Shown here piece after piece: positions 29,036 to 41,504 of a DNA stretch of 64,000 nt. The notes beneath the pieces were generated by a model, which was not told where the DNA came from, did no database searches, and worked only from the letters and a program-made list of their open reading frames with translations. The translations under genes and the position numbers were made by a program. The stretch is from Parcubacteria group bacterium (GTDB lineage: Bacteria > Patescibacteriota > Patescibacteriia > UBA1558 > GWA2-36-10), in contig PQAE01000010.1 in NCBI GenBank assembly GCA_003104935.1, positions 77,768 through 141,767 of the forward strand. Direction: 5' to 3'. Within the stretch, counting starts at the first letter, position 1. Each line of letters opens with the position of its first letter.

Positions 29036-29485
29036 TTATTCAATAACCACATATTCTAAACCTTGGGGAGCAGTCTTGCTATAAGCCATGATTATCTCCA
29101 GCTCAGCCGGTAGCTCGGCGGCCAGCATATCTTTGGCCGCCCGCAAATCTTTTTGATAAGTCTCTTCTTCAGCCACGGCTGAAGCAAAATTTTTACTACC
29201 GCCATAGGCGCCGCAATCATGATGCCAAAGTAATAATAATTTTTTGATGTGATGCAGATTTATGGAAACATTGACTATTTTCTCCACAAATGTTTTTTTA
29301 AAGCCGTTGCCGTTTAAAATTTCTTTGCCGGCTCCGGGCCAGGCATAGAGATCAAAATCTTTAAAGCCCAGTCCGCTGGCGATAAATTCCTGATCAGCTT
29401 CGCGAAACCGAAAATCAACGCATTTGATCACCGCCAGCGGGCAGTCGTGCTTAGACAAATTATCGTTGGGCACAATCTTATTCAT
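29036..29485 (-). CDS. Beta-carbonic-anhydrase-like protein directly downstream of atpC
   Basis: CVDFR and HHDCGAYGG; start MNKIV 4 nt after the atpC stop. Confidence 0.75.
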   Translation of the reverse strand: MNKIVPNDNLSKHDCPLAVIKCVDFRFREADQEFIASGLGFKDFDLYAWPGAGKEILNGNGFKKTFVEKIVNVSINLHHIKKLLLLWHHDCGAYGGSKNFASAVAEEETYQKDLRAAKDMLAAELPAELEIIMAYSKTAPQGLEYVVIE

Positions 29486-29489
29486 ATAT

Positions 29490-29939
29490 TTATTCTCCTT
29501 CTGGTCTGATACTACTGCGCACTCCTTTGAGCTTATGTTTCCGGGCGACCCGCAGACGGGCCATTTCTTTTTCCATCTGCGCGGTGAAAAAGGCAAACTC
29601 GCGGGCGTCTTTGACTTTGGTCTGACGCATCTCTTCCGCGCGCCGATGAGCCTCAGCCGCCTGGCGCTCGTCGATCTCCTCGGCTCTTTCGGCACTATCC
29701 GCCAAGATAATCACTTGGTCCGGCAGGATTTCGATAAATCCGCCGGAGATGGCCATCAGTGATTCCTGGTGTCCCTCATGCTTGATGATGATTTCACCAG
29801 GCTTGAGCTGACTGACCAGCGGCAGATGGTTAGGCAAAATAGTAATTTGCCCCAAAGCGGTTGAAACCGACACTTGAGCCACGGGTTCGGAAAAAAGCAC
29901 TTTATCCGGAGTGACTATTTTTAAATTAAACTGAGCCAT
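29490..29939 (-). CDS. atpC: ATP synthase F1 epsilon subunit
   Basis: LKIVTPD, GQITILPNH.P, ISGGFIE, ILADSAE. Confidence 0.95.
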   Translation of the reverse strand: MAQFNLKIVTPDKVLFSEPVAQVSVSTALGQITILPNHLPLVSQLKPGEIIIKHEGHQESLMAISGGFIEILPDQVIILADSAERAEEIDERQAAEAHRRAEEMRQTKVKDAREFAFFTAQMEKEMARLRVARKHKLKGVRSSIRPEGE

Positions 29940-29981
29940 GATCTTAATCCTTTTGTTAAAATTAGTCAATCATAATATTAA

Positions 29982-31491
<1,510 letters not shown>

Positions 31492-31500
31492 GCCATTTTT

Positions 31501-32415
31501 TTAACCGCTTAGTGTGCCACTCCCGGCGGCGATCTCAGCAATCTCGGCGGTGATGGCCGACTGCCGAGCCTGATTATAAGCTAAGGTCAGATCACTGACC
31601 ATTTCCAGGGCCGCCTCGGAGGCGTTTTTCATGGCCAGCATACGGGCGCTATGTTCCGAGGCTTCGCTTTCTAAGACCGCTTGAAAAATTTGCACTTCCA
31701 CCAGCCGCGGCAGAAAACTATCCAATAACTCGCTGATGCTCGGTTCAAAAGTGATAAAAGGGATCTGGGATAGATCTATTTCTGCTTTGTTTTTTTCATG
31801 GCTGATGTGTCCCAGTCGGGTATCAATCTGCGGCACAATGGGTAATAGTTGTTTGACGTGAGGCACCTGGCGCAGGGCCGACATAAAATCAGTATAGGCC
31901 AAAAAAACTTTATCGTAATCCCCACCTAAAAATTCTTTTGTAACCAGATGAGCCATCGGATTGATCTCCGCGGCCGACTGGGTGATGTCGGTTTTGATAA
32001 AATCGGCGACTATATTTAGTCCTTGGCCGCGAGCTTCATCCCGGCCACGAGCGCCAAAAGAGATTATATCCGTTTCCCGATTTTCCGGATGATGGAGACT
32101 GATAGAAGCCACTACTTTTTGCACCAGATTAAAATTAAAACTACCGCACAGACCCCGATTAGTACTGATCATCACCACCAATACTTTTTTCACTTTCTTT
32201 TTTTCCTTAAAAAAAGGATGCTTTTCCGGACCGACAATACCAACAAGACGTAGCACTGTTTCCCAAGTCAAATCCGAATAAGCGCGAGTAGCCAAAACAT
32301 TGGCTACCGCCTTGCGCATCTTGGCGGCCGCCACCAGCTCCATGGCCTTGGTAATCTTGCGCGTACTGGTCACGGATTTTATCCTTCTTCTGATGTCTCG
32401 GGTTGCTTGGGGCAT
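31501..32415 (-). CDS. atpG: ATP synthase F1 gamma subunit
   Basis: KITKAMELVAAAK, RGLCGSFN, SEHSARMLAM, YNQARQSAITAEI. Confidence 0.97.
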   Translation of the reverse strand: MPQATRDIRRRIKSVTSTRKITKAMELVAAAKMRKAVANVLATRAYSDLTWETVLRLVGIVGPEKHPFFKEKKKVKKVLVVMISTNRGLCGSFNFNLVQKVVASISLHHPENRETDIISFGARGRDEARGQGLNIVADFIKTDITQSAAEINPMAHLVTKEFLGGDYDKVFLAYTDFMSALRQVPHVKQLLPIVPQIDTRLGHISHEKNKAEIDLSQIPFITFEPSISELLDSFLPRLVEVQIFQAVLESEASEHSARMLAMKNASEAALEMVSDLTLAYNQARQSAITAEIAEIAAGSGTLSG

Positions 32416-32460
32416 ACTTAGTTAAAAGTAAAAAGTGAAAAAATACAAAGTCTCATAAAA

Positions 32461-33996
32461 CTATTTTTTCTTCTCTTCCTCCACTTTAGGTTCTAAATCA
32501 ACCAGTTCAATAATCATCTTTTTCAATTTTGTTTCGTCGTCCGCCGACAGCTCGCCGGTTTTTTCAATATTCGCTAAAATCTCGGCGGCTTCGGCCTCCA
32601 GTTTGGTAAATAATGAACTTTCAAATGCGGCCAGATTGGCTACCGGCACTTTGTCCAGATAACCATTGCTCACCGCATAGATAATCGCCACCTGCAGAGA
32701 CTGGGCTAAGGGGCGAAATTGACCTTGCTTTAAAATCTCGGTCACGCGCACACCCCTTTCCAACTGCTGTTTTGTGCCTTCATCCAAATCTGAACCAAAT
32801 TGAGCAAAGGCTTCCAGCTCGCGGAATTGGGCTAAGTCTAATTTTAATTTGCCGGCTACTTTTTTCATGGCCTTGATCTGAGCGGCTGAACCGACGCGGG
32901 AGACCGATAATCCGGCATTGAGGGCCGGACGGATGCCTTTGTAAAATAAATCTGTTTCCAAAAATATCTGTCCGTCAGTAATGGAAATAACGTTGGTGGG
33001 GATGTAGGCGGAAATATCTCCGGCTTGAGTTTCAATAATCGGTAAAGCGGTGAGGGACCCGCCGCCCAATTTATCACTGAGTTTAGCGGCGCGTTCCAAC
33101 AAACGAGAATGCAGATAAAAAACATCTCCGGGATAAGCTTCGCGTCCCGGCGGTCTCTTGAGTAATAATGAAATTTGACGATAGGCAACGGCGTGTTTTG
33201 ATAAATCATCATAAACCACTAAAACGTGTTGTCCTTTATCCATAAAATATTCGCCCATAGCCACGCCGGCATATGGAGCTAGATAAGCCAGAGGCGCCGA
33301 ACCGGAAGCGCCGGCTAAAACCACGGTGGTATATTCCATAGCGCCGGTTTCTTCCAATTTAGCTACGATGCGGGCGATTTTTGATTCTTTTTGGCCGATA
33401 GCGACATAAATACATTTTACGTCTTTGCCTTTTTGGTTAATGATCGTATCAATAGCCAGAGCAGTTTTTCCAGTCTGGCGGTCGCCAATAATCAATTCGC
33501 GCTGCCCCTTACCGATAGGTATGATAGAGTCAATAACCTTAATCCCGGTCTGTAGCGGCTGGCGCACGGACTGACGGTCAATTACTCCGGAAGCAATCTT
33601 TTCCACCGGATAAAAATCATTGGTCTTGATCGGACCTTTGCCGTCTACCGGCTCGCCCAAAGCATTTACTACCCGGCCGATGATGGCCTCTCCTACCGGC
33701 ACGCTTAATATTCTTTTAGTACGGCGCACTCTGTCGCCTTCTTTAAGATCGCCGTATTCGCCCAAGATAATGGCGCCGACACTATATTCTTCCAGGTTGA
33801 GGGCTAAACCGTAGACCATCTGGCCATGTCCGGTTTCAAATTCCAACATTTCCGAAGACATCACATCAGAGAGACCGGAAATCTTGGCGATACCGTCGCC
33901 GATTTCGATAATTTCTCCCACACTCTCTTCCTGACCTTTAGATTCAAAAGAAGACAGTTGTTTCTGGAGACTCTTCACTAAATACTCGTAAGACAT
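32461..33996 (-). CDS. atpA: ATP synthase F1 alpha subunit
   Basis: [30 protein letters not shown]. Confidence 0.98.
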   Translation of the reverse strand: MSYEYLVKSLQKQLSSFESKGQEESVGEIIEIGDGIAKISGLSDVMSSEMLEFETGHGQMVYGLALNLEEYSVGAIILGEYGDLKEGDRVRRTKRILSVPVGEAIIGRVVNALGEPVDGKGPIKTNDFYPVEKIASGVIDRQSVRQPLQTGIKVIDSIIPIGKGQRELIIGDRQTGKTALAIDTIINQKGKDVKCIYVAIGQKESKIARIVAKLEETGAMEYTTVVLAGASGSAPLAYLAPYAGVAMGEYFMDKGQHVLVVYDDLSKHAVAYRQISLLLKRPPGREAYPGDVFYLHSRLLERAAKLSDKLGGGSLTALPIIETQAGDISAYIPTNVISITDGQIFLETDLFYKGIRPALNAGLSVSRVGSAAQIKAMKKVAGKLKLDLAQFRELEAFAQFGSDLDEGTKQQLERGVRVTEILKQGQFRPLAQSLQVAIIYAVSNGYLDKVPVANLAAFESSLFTKLEAEAAEILANIEKTGELSADDETKLKKMIIELVDLEPKVEEEKKK

Positions 33997-34075
33997 ATTT
34001 TTGTTGCTTATGGTTTGTGGTTGGCGGCTAATAGCTTACAACTCTTTTATAATAAATAAAATAAGCTAAAGGCCA

Positions 34076-34480
34076 TTAGTTATTTAATTGTTTGGTTAAA
34101 TTATGTAATTGATTTTTTAAACTCAAGTCAATAATTTTATCATTATACCTGATACTCACGCCGCCGAGTAATTCCTGGTCTAGGACTGATTTTATCTGCA
34201 CTTTCTTGCCGCTACGGCTATGCAATAAAGTTTCTATGTGCTTCAGGGTAGTGTCGGATAATTTTTGGGTCGAACTAACTTGGGCGGCGACGATCCCTTG
34301 CTCGGCTAAATAAATATTCTCCAACTCTGTCAAAATTTCCGGAATTAATTTTTCCAGGTGATGTTTTTTCAAATAACCGGAAAAATTAGCCGCGACCGTT
34401 TCTAAATCCCGGTGGGTTTTATTTTGGCTGGCCAGATAAATACTTCGCGCCAGTATTTTTACTTTGTTCTTATCTTTCAT
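34076..34480 (-). CDS. atpH: ATP synthase delta subunit (short form)
   Basis: Operon position; DQELLGGV.IR....IIDLSL C-terminus. Confidence 0.85.
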   Translation of the reverse strand: MKDKNKVKILARSIYLASQNKTHRDLETVAANFSGYLKKHHLEKLIPEILTELENIYLAEQGIVAAQVSSTQKLSDTTLKHIETLLHSRSGKKVQIKSVLDQELLGGVSIRYNDKIIDLSLKNQLHNLTKQLNN

Positions 34481-34486
34481 TGCTAA

Positions 34487-34984
34487 TTATTTTTTGAATT
34501 CTTTCAAAACCTTTTCTATATATTTCTGATCCAAATCCTTGCTCACGCCCTGGGAAAGTATTTTATGCAAAGCATCCACTACCAGAGCGGCTACAGCCTG
34601 CCGGGCGCTGACTACCATAGCTTCTTTTTCCGAGTTGATCTGTAGTTTGGCCTTGGCGATGATGAGCTCCACCTCCTGTTTGGTCTTTTCCGTACTTTGC
34701 TGACGGGTAATTTCACTGTTTTTTTTAGCTTCTTCCAAAATCTGGGCCGCGGTTTTTTTTGTTTCCTGCAATTTACCCTTGATCTCCTGCTCCACTTCGT
34801 CCAGACGCTCCGCCGCATGCTTGGCGTCATCCAAACCTTTACCTATCTCGCGGCTACGCTCCTGCATAGTCCTGGTCAACGGCTTGATAGCAAACCACCA
34901 CAAAACTACCACCACTACAGCAAAATTAATCAGCTGGGCAATCATTAGTCTCCAATCTACTCCAAATAATTTTAATATTTCCAT
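34487..34984 (-). CDS. atpF: ATP synthase Fo b subunit
   Basis: QLINF..L..FAIKP...M.ER plus coiled coil. Confidence 0.92.
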   Translation of the reverse strand: MEILKLFGVDWRLMIAQLINFAVVVVVLWWFAIKPLTRTMQERSREIGKGLDDAKHAAERLDEVEQEIKGKLQETKKTAAQILEEAKKNSEITRQQSTEKTKQEVELIIAKAKLQINSEKEAMVVSARQAVAALVVDALHKILSQGVSKDLDQKYIEKVLKEFKK

Positions 34985-35095
34985 GAAACCTATTTAATTA
35001 ATATTTCATCCCCGAAGTCCCGCCGAGCGGAACAAAGCGGGATAATAATTTAAGCTCTTAGCCCTGCCCCAAAATCATTGGGGCAAAGGAAAAGT

Positions 35096-35320
<225 letters not shown>

Positions 35321-35423
35321 CTAGCAGACCCATCGACTATTTTTGGATTTTTAAAGTCGTAGGTTCTCCTAGTTTAATAATTATGTACTGACCGCTAAAA
35401 AAATAACGGCCAGTATCTAATCA

Positions 35424-36308
35424 TTAAGCATGGGCCTCGTGTTCCGTAGAGGCAATCGTAAAATATACTAAAGTTAAAACGGCGAAAATCAAAGCCTGGA
35501 TAATGCCGACAATAATTTCCAAAAACATAAAGGGCAAGGGCACACCAAAGGCCATCATCGCGGAAATAGAAGCCAATAAGACCTCGCCAGCAAAAATATT
35601 TCCAAACAAACGAAAGGACAGCGAGGCAATCTTGGCGATTTCGGAAACGATTTCAATCAGCCCTACAAAAAAATGAATGGGGTTGATCAAGACTATGGTC
35701 GGTTCCTTAATAATTTTCTTGGGAATTTCTATCAGCGCTTTGAGATTGATAAATTTATTCAGATGGCTCCAGGTGCCGACGACCACAATACCAAAAATAT
35801 TGGCGGCAACGACAGAAAATAATCCCAAAGCCAAGGTAGTGTTGAGGTCAGCTGTGCCGCCGCGAAGTAACGGATAACCATCGTAAGTAATCGCCCCCAC
35901 TCCCGGCAATAGGCCCAACCAGTTATTAACTAAAATAAAAATAAAAATAGAAAAGACAATCGGGAAGGCCTGTTCGCTTTTCCGGCGGCTACCGGTAACC
36001 ATATCCATCATGTCCCAGGCACCCTCAATCACTCTTTCCATAAAACTCTGGAAACCCGAGGGAATTTTTTTTAGGCGGGTGCGGATAACCAGGGACAAAA
36101 TAATAATAAAAAACACTGCTATCCAGGAAGTCAGCAGTGAATTGGTCACTGGAAAATCAGCTATGTGAAAAATTGGTTCGGCAAAAAGAGTGTGACCCCC
36201 CTCGTGCGAATTTTCCGCTTCGGTATGCTCGACTAAGCCGGCCTCGTTTTGCTCCGTTAAGGCCATGTTATCGTTTTGTCTGTTTTGCTCGGTCGCGCTA
36301 GCTGACAT
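35424..36308 (-). CDS. atpB: ATP synthase Fo a subunit
   Basis: TADLNTTL, SLSFRLFGNIFAGE, IQALIF..LT..Y. Confidence 0.96.
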   Translation of the reverse strand: MSASATEQNRQNDNMALTEQNEAGLVEHTEAENSHEGGHTLFAEPIFHIADFPVTNSLLTSWIAVFFIIILSLVIRTRLKKIPSGFQSFMERVIEGAWDMMDMVTGSRRKSEQAFPIVFSIFIFILVNNWLGLLPGVGAITYDGYPLLRGGTADLNTTLALGLFSVVAANIFGIVVVGTWSHLNKFINLKALIEIPKKIIKEPTIVLINPIHFFVGLIEIVSEIAKIASLSFRLFGNIFAGEVLLASISAMMAFGVPLPFMFLEIIVGIIQALIFAVLTLVYFTIASTEHEAHA

Positions 36309-36610
36309 TATTTTTTATTATCCATCAATTTTTCCTTGCTTAATATATGTTTTTTAGCCGCTTCTTCTTTTTCAATCTGCTTCATATATTTTACTCCGGT
36401 CAGGCCCAGGCCGATGCTGGAGATGATAAAAGCAAAGACGGTTAGGCTCAAAAAATACAAGGGGGCGCTATCATACCTGCTGTCCAACCAGCGGCCGACA
36501 AAAAGAGCGGCTATTACCGGAAAAGCAATCCAGCCGGTGGCCTCGCCAAACATCCGTAGGCCTTGGCTCCACCAATAATTTTGTTCTTTCTTTTTTTCAG
36601 GTTCAGTCAT
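36308..36610 (-). CDS. AtpZ/AtpI (ATPase gene 1)-like membrane protein
   Basis: Two TM helices, GRWLD..Y...P; first gene of the operon, TAATG-coupled to atpB. Confidence 0.8.
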   Translation of the reverse strand: MTEPEKKKEQNYWWSQGLRMFGEATGWIAFPVIAALFVGRWLDSRYDSAPLYFLSLTVFAFIISSIGLGLTGVKYMKQIEKEEAAKKHILSKEKLMDNKK

Positions 36611-36633
36611 TTTTTGGAAAAAAATACGGGCTC

Positions 36634-36662
36634 ATTGTATCCCAAAAACCCGTATAAGTCAA
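36634..36662 (-). promoter_or_regulatory. atp operon promoter
   Basis: TTGACT-17 nt-TACAAT; the -35 abuts the hairpin AACCCCTAAATTTT..AAAATTTAGGGGTT. Confidence 0.65.
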
Positions 36663-36738
36663 CCCCTAAATTTTTTAAAAATTTAGGGGTTGTCCTCGCG
36701 CAGGCGAGGACCTACAAGTGTGTCCATACAACCTAATT

Positions 36739-37779
36739 TTACTCCAACCTAGGCCTTTCCACGTCTTCCAGCTCTATTTCCCCGCCTTTACCGCTGATCT
36801 TAAGTATATCCTTATCAATTTTATTAAACTCCTTATTGCTAAAATTATAAGTGTTGGCTACGGTAGAAAGTTGAGAACCGAGCTTTTTATGATATTCGGC
36901 ATAGGCCAGCATATGCTTTTGCAGTTTTTCTACATTTTGGCGAATTTCCTTGGCCGACTCCTCTATTTGTAAAGCGCGCAGTCCCTGTAGCACTGTCTGT
37001 AGATAAGCGGCAAAAGTCGTGGGTGAAACAATAATCACTTTTTTTTCATTAAAAGCATAATCAATCAGGCTTCTGGTGTTCACCTTTACCGCACCCACTT
37101 CATTGATTAATAAATCATAATAAATACCTTCGGCCGGAATAAACATAAAGGCAAAATCCAGAGTTTTTTCCTGGGGTCGGATATACTTGGCGGTTTCGTC
37201 GATGCGTTTTTTCAGATCGTTTTTAAATTCTTTTTCCAGTTCGGCTTTTTTATCAGCATTACTCTCACCCAGGATACGCCGATAATTTTCCAGAGAAAAT
37301 TTGGCGTCCACCGGTAAAACCTTATCTTTAATAATCACCGCAGCGTCCACGGCCTCGCCGTTTTTAAAACGATACTGCATCTGATAACTCTGCGGCGGTA
37401 AGATATTGGACAAAATCATTTCCAAACTGGCTTCCCCCAGGGATCCGCGATTTTTGGAGTTGGTCAGCACTTTTTCCAGATTTTGCAGTTGATCGGTAAA
37501 GCTCACCACCTGCTTATTAGTTTCTTCCAATTTTAATAATTTTTCCGTGACATCTTTGGAGAGGCGCGATGTTTCCATAAACTGATCCTGGAGCATCTTG
37601 GAAGAATGGTGGGTAGAAGTATCTATCTTTTCACTAAGCTGTTTGGTCAGATCAGAAATCTGCTGCTGTAACAGCAACATAGATTGGCTATCCTCTTTTT
37701 TATCTTTTTTGGTCAGGAGATAAATGACGATGGCCAGCGCCAGGACAATAACTATAAATAGTATGTTATTTAGATTCAT
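36739..37779 (-). CDS. rmuC: DNA recombination protein RmuC
   Basis: RGSLGE..LE, PVDAKF, DFAFMFIPAEGIY, VSPTT; start MNLNN at 37779. Confidence 0.92.
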   Translation of the reverse strand: MNLNNILFIVIVLALAIVIYLLTKKDKKEDSQSMLLLQQQISDLTKQLSEKIDTSTHHSSKMLQDQFMETSRLSKDVTEKLLKLEETNKQVVSFTDQLQNLEKVLTNSKNRGSLGEASLEMILSNILPPQSYQMQYRFKNGEAVDAAVIIKDKVLPVDAKFSLENYRRILGESNADKKAELEKEFKNDLKKRIDETAKYIRPQEKTLDFAFMFIPAEGIYYDLLINEVGAVKVNTRSLIDYAFNEKKVIIVSPTTFAAYLQTVLQGLRALQIEESAKEIRQNVEKLQKHMLAYAEYHKKLGSQLSTVANTYNFSNKEFNKIDKDILKISGKGGEIELEDVERPRLE

Positions 37780-38542
37780 TAGCATTGGGATTAGTAGGGG
37801 TAATATTAGAACTATTTTTAAGATCACGCAAACTCTTATAGAGCAAGTAGTAGTAACTGACAAAAAACGGGGTGGTAAGAGCGTTAAAAAGCCAGCCCAT
37901 ATAATTGATTGTCTGTTTTTCAGTCACCTGCACTTTAAAAATATTGTCCACTATCCCGCTCAGTATGCCAGCAATAATAAATATTAGGATAAAACGCCAA
38001 AAGACCGGCCACCAATAACCCCTGACCAATTCCTTGCTCTGGCGCACCGCGGCCATGCCCTGCATATTTTGATCCACTAAAAGCCAGATAGCCATGCTAT
38101 AAAATATCCCCATGATCAGTCCGGGTATAAACAAAAGTAAGGTCCAAAGTAGAGTCAGCACTCCCACGGTAATAACCAAACCCAAGTAAGACCAAAAATT
38201 TTTCTTCCCCTCTTGAAGAACTTGCTTAATAGTAATTTGATCTTGATGGTTAGCGATCAACCGATAGGTACCAAATTGAGCGATACAGCCGATAAAAATC
38301 AGTAGTAATATACTAGCTAAGCCCAGGAGACCCAGGACGATACTAATGATACCTATTGCCGGGCCGGAGATTTTTAGTATCGACAAAATCGCGAAAACAC
38401 TTAGTATTAAAACAAAAGGTATTAGCCCTAGAAAGGGAAAAAATTGTAGAGCGGTGGCACGTTTAAATACTTTCTTATAAATCGCCCATGACTGGGAAAA
38501 AAGTTCTCCTAATGAAATCATATTTGCTTTTGTTGCTTCCAT
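37766..38542 (-). CDS. Multi-pass membrane protein
   Basis: LLFIPG...Y......D.....A...SKELVRGYWW pattern of conserved membrane proteins. Confidence 0.75.
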   Translation of the reverse strand: MEATKANMISLGELFSQSWAIYKKVFKRATALQFFPFLGLIPFVLILSVFAILSILKISGPAIGIISIVLGLLGLASILLLIFIGCIAQFGTYRLIANHQDQITIKQVLQEGKKNFWSYLGLVITVGVLTLLWTLLLFIPGLIMGIFYSMAIWLLVDQNMQGMAAVRQSKELVRGYWWPVFWRFILIFIIAGILSGIVDNIFKVQVTEKQTINYMGWLFNALTTPFFVSYYYLLYKSLRDLKNSSNITPTNPNANESK

Positions 38543-38547
38543 AAATT

Positions 38548-39357
38548 TTATAGTTTAAATAAATTAATAGCATTTTGACCGGTAATGGCAATAATTTCCT
38601 CTGTAGTTTTACCCCTAATCTGGGCGATCTTTTCGGCCACGTATCTGACATGCGCCGGTTCATTTCTCTTTCCGCGATGAGGCTCGGGCGTCAGATAGGG
38701 TGCGTCCGTTTCGATAAGCATCTTCTCCAAAGGTATCCACTTTACAATCTCTTCCAAAACTCCGATTTTGTCAAAGGTGATAATGCCGGTAAAACCCAGA
38801 TAAAATCCGTGCTCCACAAACTGCTTGGCTTCACTCTCGCTGCCGCCAAAACAATGCATCACGCCGCTGGTCCAACTTTCATCTTTTAATACCCGGTAAA
38901 TATCCTGATAAGCCGCGGGTTCATCTTTACCGTTGCGGCCGTGTACTACCAGGGCTAAATTATTTTCCCGGGCCAGGGCGATATGTTGGCGAAAAACTTC
39001 TTCCTGTTTTTTCTTTACATCATCTACAGAAGCGGCTCCTTTGGCTAATATTTCCGGCAGATGATGATAATCAAAACCGGATTCACCCGCGGCCACCACC
39101 TTTGCTCCGCCTTTTTTTATCAATCCCTGATAATCACTGATTTTGAACTGCTCGTCAAAGACATGGATAGGGTGCAAGCCGACGGCGGCATACATCTCCG
39201 GTTCGGACAGGGCTAAATCTACTGCGCTTTGGCTACTGGCTAAAGCCGCACCGATGTTAATGACTTTCATGCCGATCTGACGGCAACGGCCGACCACTTC
39301 TTCCCGATCGTCGTTATAGGCCTTAAAATTTAAATGGGCGTGACTGTCAACTAGCAT
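38548..39357 (-). CDS. tatD: TatD family hydrolase
   Basis: DSHAH, GLHP, GESGFD, HCF, ETDAPYL. Confidence 0.95.
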   Translation of the reverse strand: MLVDSHAHLNFKAYNDDREEVVGRCRQIGMKVINIGAALASSQSAVDLALSEPEMYAAVGLHPIHVFDEQFKISDYQGLIKKGGAKVVAAGESGFDYHHLPEILAKGAASVDDVKKKQEEVFRQHIALARENNLALVVHGRNGKDEPAAYQDIYRVLKDESWTSGVMHCFGGSESEAKQFVEHGFYLGFTGIITFDKIGVLEEIVKWIPLEKMLIETDAPYLTPEPHRGKRNEPAHVRYVAEKIAQIRGKTTEEIIAITGQNAINLFKL

Positions 39358-39360
39358 AAT

Positions 39361-39867
39361 TTATAATATAGAATGAAGGTTATTGATAGTCTGGGGCACA
39401 AAGGGCTTGATCACCGCGGCGGCTGTCGCCGCCCAGTGAGCTAACTGAGAACTAATCAAAACATTAGATATGCCGTCACTAATCGGCAAAAGCGATAGGA
39501 GATAGACAAAGGCAACCACCGCTAAAACCCCGGCTAACACCCCGACAATCGCCCCCATCAACTTATTAATCAAATCAATAAAAGGGATAATATGGAAAAT
39601 CCTATTGATAATCATCACTAATATGCTGACCACGATGTTGACGGCTACAAACAGTCCGATAAAACCCAGAATATTGGCCAAAGCAGTGTTATCAAAATTT
39701 AAGGCGCCCATCAGCCAGCGGCCGGCCATCTCCATATAATGCGTGCCCAGCCAAATAGAAAAAAGCACGCCCAAGAAACCACCGATCGATCCCACTAGTC
39801 CGGATCGAAAGCCCTTCCAGACAAAGAGCAGGATGATGACCACTAAAATAATGTCTAAAACGTTCAT
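39361..39867 (-). CDS. cvpA: CvpA family protein
   Basis: MNVLDII....GFRSG, NKLMGAIVG. Confidence 0.85.
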   Translation of the reverse strand: MNVLDIILVVIILLFVWKGFRSGLVGSIGGFLGVLFSIWLGTHYMEMAGRWLMGALNFDNTALANILGFIGLFVAVNIVVSILVMIINRIFHIIPFIDLINKLMGAIVGVLAGVLAVVAFVYLLSLLPISDGISNVLISSQLAHWAATAAAVIKPFVPQTINNLHSIL

Positions 39868-39892
39868 AGTTTTTATTTATTATTTTAAAAAT

Positions 39893-41368
39893 TTATTGCT
39901 TGCGGGGAAAAAGCGGCTCGGCGGGCTTGCTGATTTTTTTAGCAGTGATGATCCGGATGATCTTGGCGCTGGTATCGGGCATAAATGGCTCCAGCGCTGC
40001 CGCGATTTGGTACAAATCTTGGGCCAAATATTCTAAAATTTGTTTTAACTTCTTTTTATCTGCCGGCACGATGGATTTGGCCAGCTCCCAAGGCTTGGTC
40101 TGATCGATTTGAGAATTAGCCTGCTGGATTAATTGCCAGATGGAGAGTAATGCTTCGCGGAATTTAAAATTAATTATTTCTGCCGCACCAACCGGCTTTA
40201 TTTTTTTCTTATCCACAGAAACATGGCCGTCAAGATAGCTGGCGATCATATTGGTCACGCGACTAACTAAGTTTCCCAGACCATTGACCAAATCGGCGTT
40301 ATACTTTTTAGGAAAATCCTCTACTTTGATATCACTCTCCGCGCCGAATGAAAATTGGGATAAGATCAGATATTTGGTCACATCCGGACCATAAGTCTGA
40401 ACTAATTCATCCGGGCGGATAACATTGCCGATAGTCTTACTCATTTTTTGACCGTCGATAGTAAAGAAACCATGGATGTAAAGTGCCTTGGGTAAAGGCA
40501 ATTTTAGGGCTAAGAGTATGGCCGGCCAGTACAAGGCATGAAATTTTAAGATATCTAAAGCCATGATTTGGGCCTCGGCCGGCCAAAACTTTTTATATAA
40601 TTTGCCGTTCGGATAGCCCAGGGCAGTAATATAATTACTCAAGGCATCCACCCAGACATACACTTTCTGGGTTTTGTCCCAAGGCAGGTCTATGCCCCAG
40701 GGTACGGATTTTATCGAACGAGAAATGGAAAAATCCGGGAGCGTTTGCTTATCGATTAGTCCCAAGACTTCATTTTTACGCGAAACCGGATAAATCAAAA
40801 GTTGATCGGACTCAATGAATTTTTTAATGGTTGGTAAAAAATCCTGCAACCGGAAAAACCAATTTTTTTCTTTGACCTGCTCCGGAACTTTATTATGTAG
40901 GGGACATTTGCCGTCCACCAGCTCGCTGGCAAAGATAAATTTTTCACAACCCACGCAATAGAGACCCTCATAGTCAGCCTCATATAAAACATCGTTGCCT
41001 GCCGGTGTCTGCGCCTGCTTCAAAGTATTTATAATATCGACAACAATCTTGATGTGCGCCGGATCAGTAGTGCGCCAAAAGTCATTTGGCGTCACCTCTA
41101 ACTCCTGCCAAACAGCTTTAAATTGCGCGCTGATTTTATCCACAAAAGCCTGCGGCTCCATTCCCCGCTTAGCCGCGGCCTCGGCTACTTTAGCACCGTG
41201 TTCGTCCGTGCCGGTCAGAAAATAAACATTATTATCGCCTAATTCATGACGATAAAATCTAGCCAAAACATCCGCGACGATAGTGGTGTAGGCATGACCG
41301 ATGTGCGGCTCGCCATTTACGTAATAAAGTGGCGCGGTAATATAAAATTTTTTCTTTTTTTCTGACAT
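39893..41368 (-). CDS. metG: Methionine--tRNA ligase
   Basis: PHIGHAYT, GTDEHG, YVWVDAL, KMSKT. Confidence 0.97.
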   Translation of the reverse strand: MSEKKKKFYITAPLYYVNGEPHIGHAYTTIVADVLARFYRHELGDNNVYFLTGTDEHGAKVAEAAAKRGMEPQAFVDKISAQFKAVWQELEVTPNDFWRTTDPAHIKIVVDIINTLKQAQTPAGNDVLYEADYEGLYCVGCEKFIFASELVDGKCPLHNKVPEQVKEKNWFFRLQDFLPTIKKFIESDQLLIYPVSRKNEVLGLIDKQTLPDFSISRSIKSVPWGIDLPWDKTQKVYVWVDALSNYITALGYPNGKLYKKFWPAEAQIMALDILKFHALYWPAILLALKLPLPKALYIHGFFTIDGQKMSKTIGNVIRPDELVQTYGPDVTKYLILSQFSFGAESDIKVEDFPKKYNADLVNGLGNLVSRVTNMIASYLDGHVSVDKKKIKPVGAAEIINFKFREALLSIWQLIQQANSQIDQTKPWELAKSIVPADKKKLKQILEYLAQDLYQIAAALEPFMPDTSAKIIRIITAKKISKPAEPLFPRKQ

Positions 41369-41390
41369 TTATATTATTAAATTAAATATC

Positions 41391-41495
41391 TTCCTGGATC
41401 GTCCCGCCGAGGCGGGAGGAATTCGTGACACGAACACACTCTTTTGAATCTCCTGCCCCGTAATAAATACGGGGTAAACTCCCGCGGGAGTCCAG
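41391..41495. repeat. Degenerate REP-like element with nested hairpins
   Basis: CTGGA..TCCCGCCGAGGCGGGA..CCCCGTAATAAATACGGGG..CTCCCGCGGGAGTCCAG. Confidence 0.6.
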
Positions 41496-41504
41496 TACAT
41501 TATC

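Noticed and set aside
29486-29695. 70-aa N-terminal extension of the CA-like ORF
   Set aside because: Overlaps atpC in another frame; ATG 29485 has an upstream AAGGAG and fits coupling to atpC
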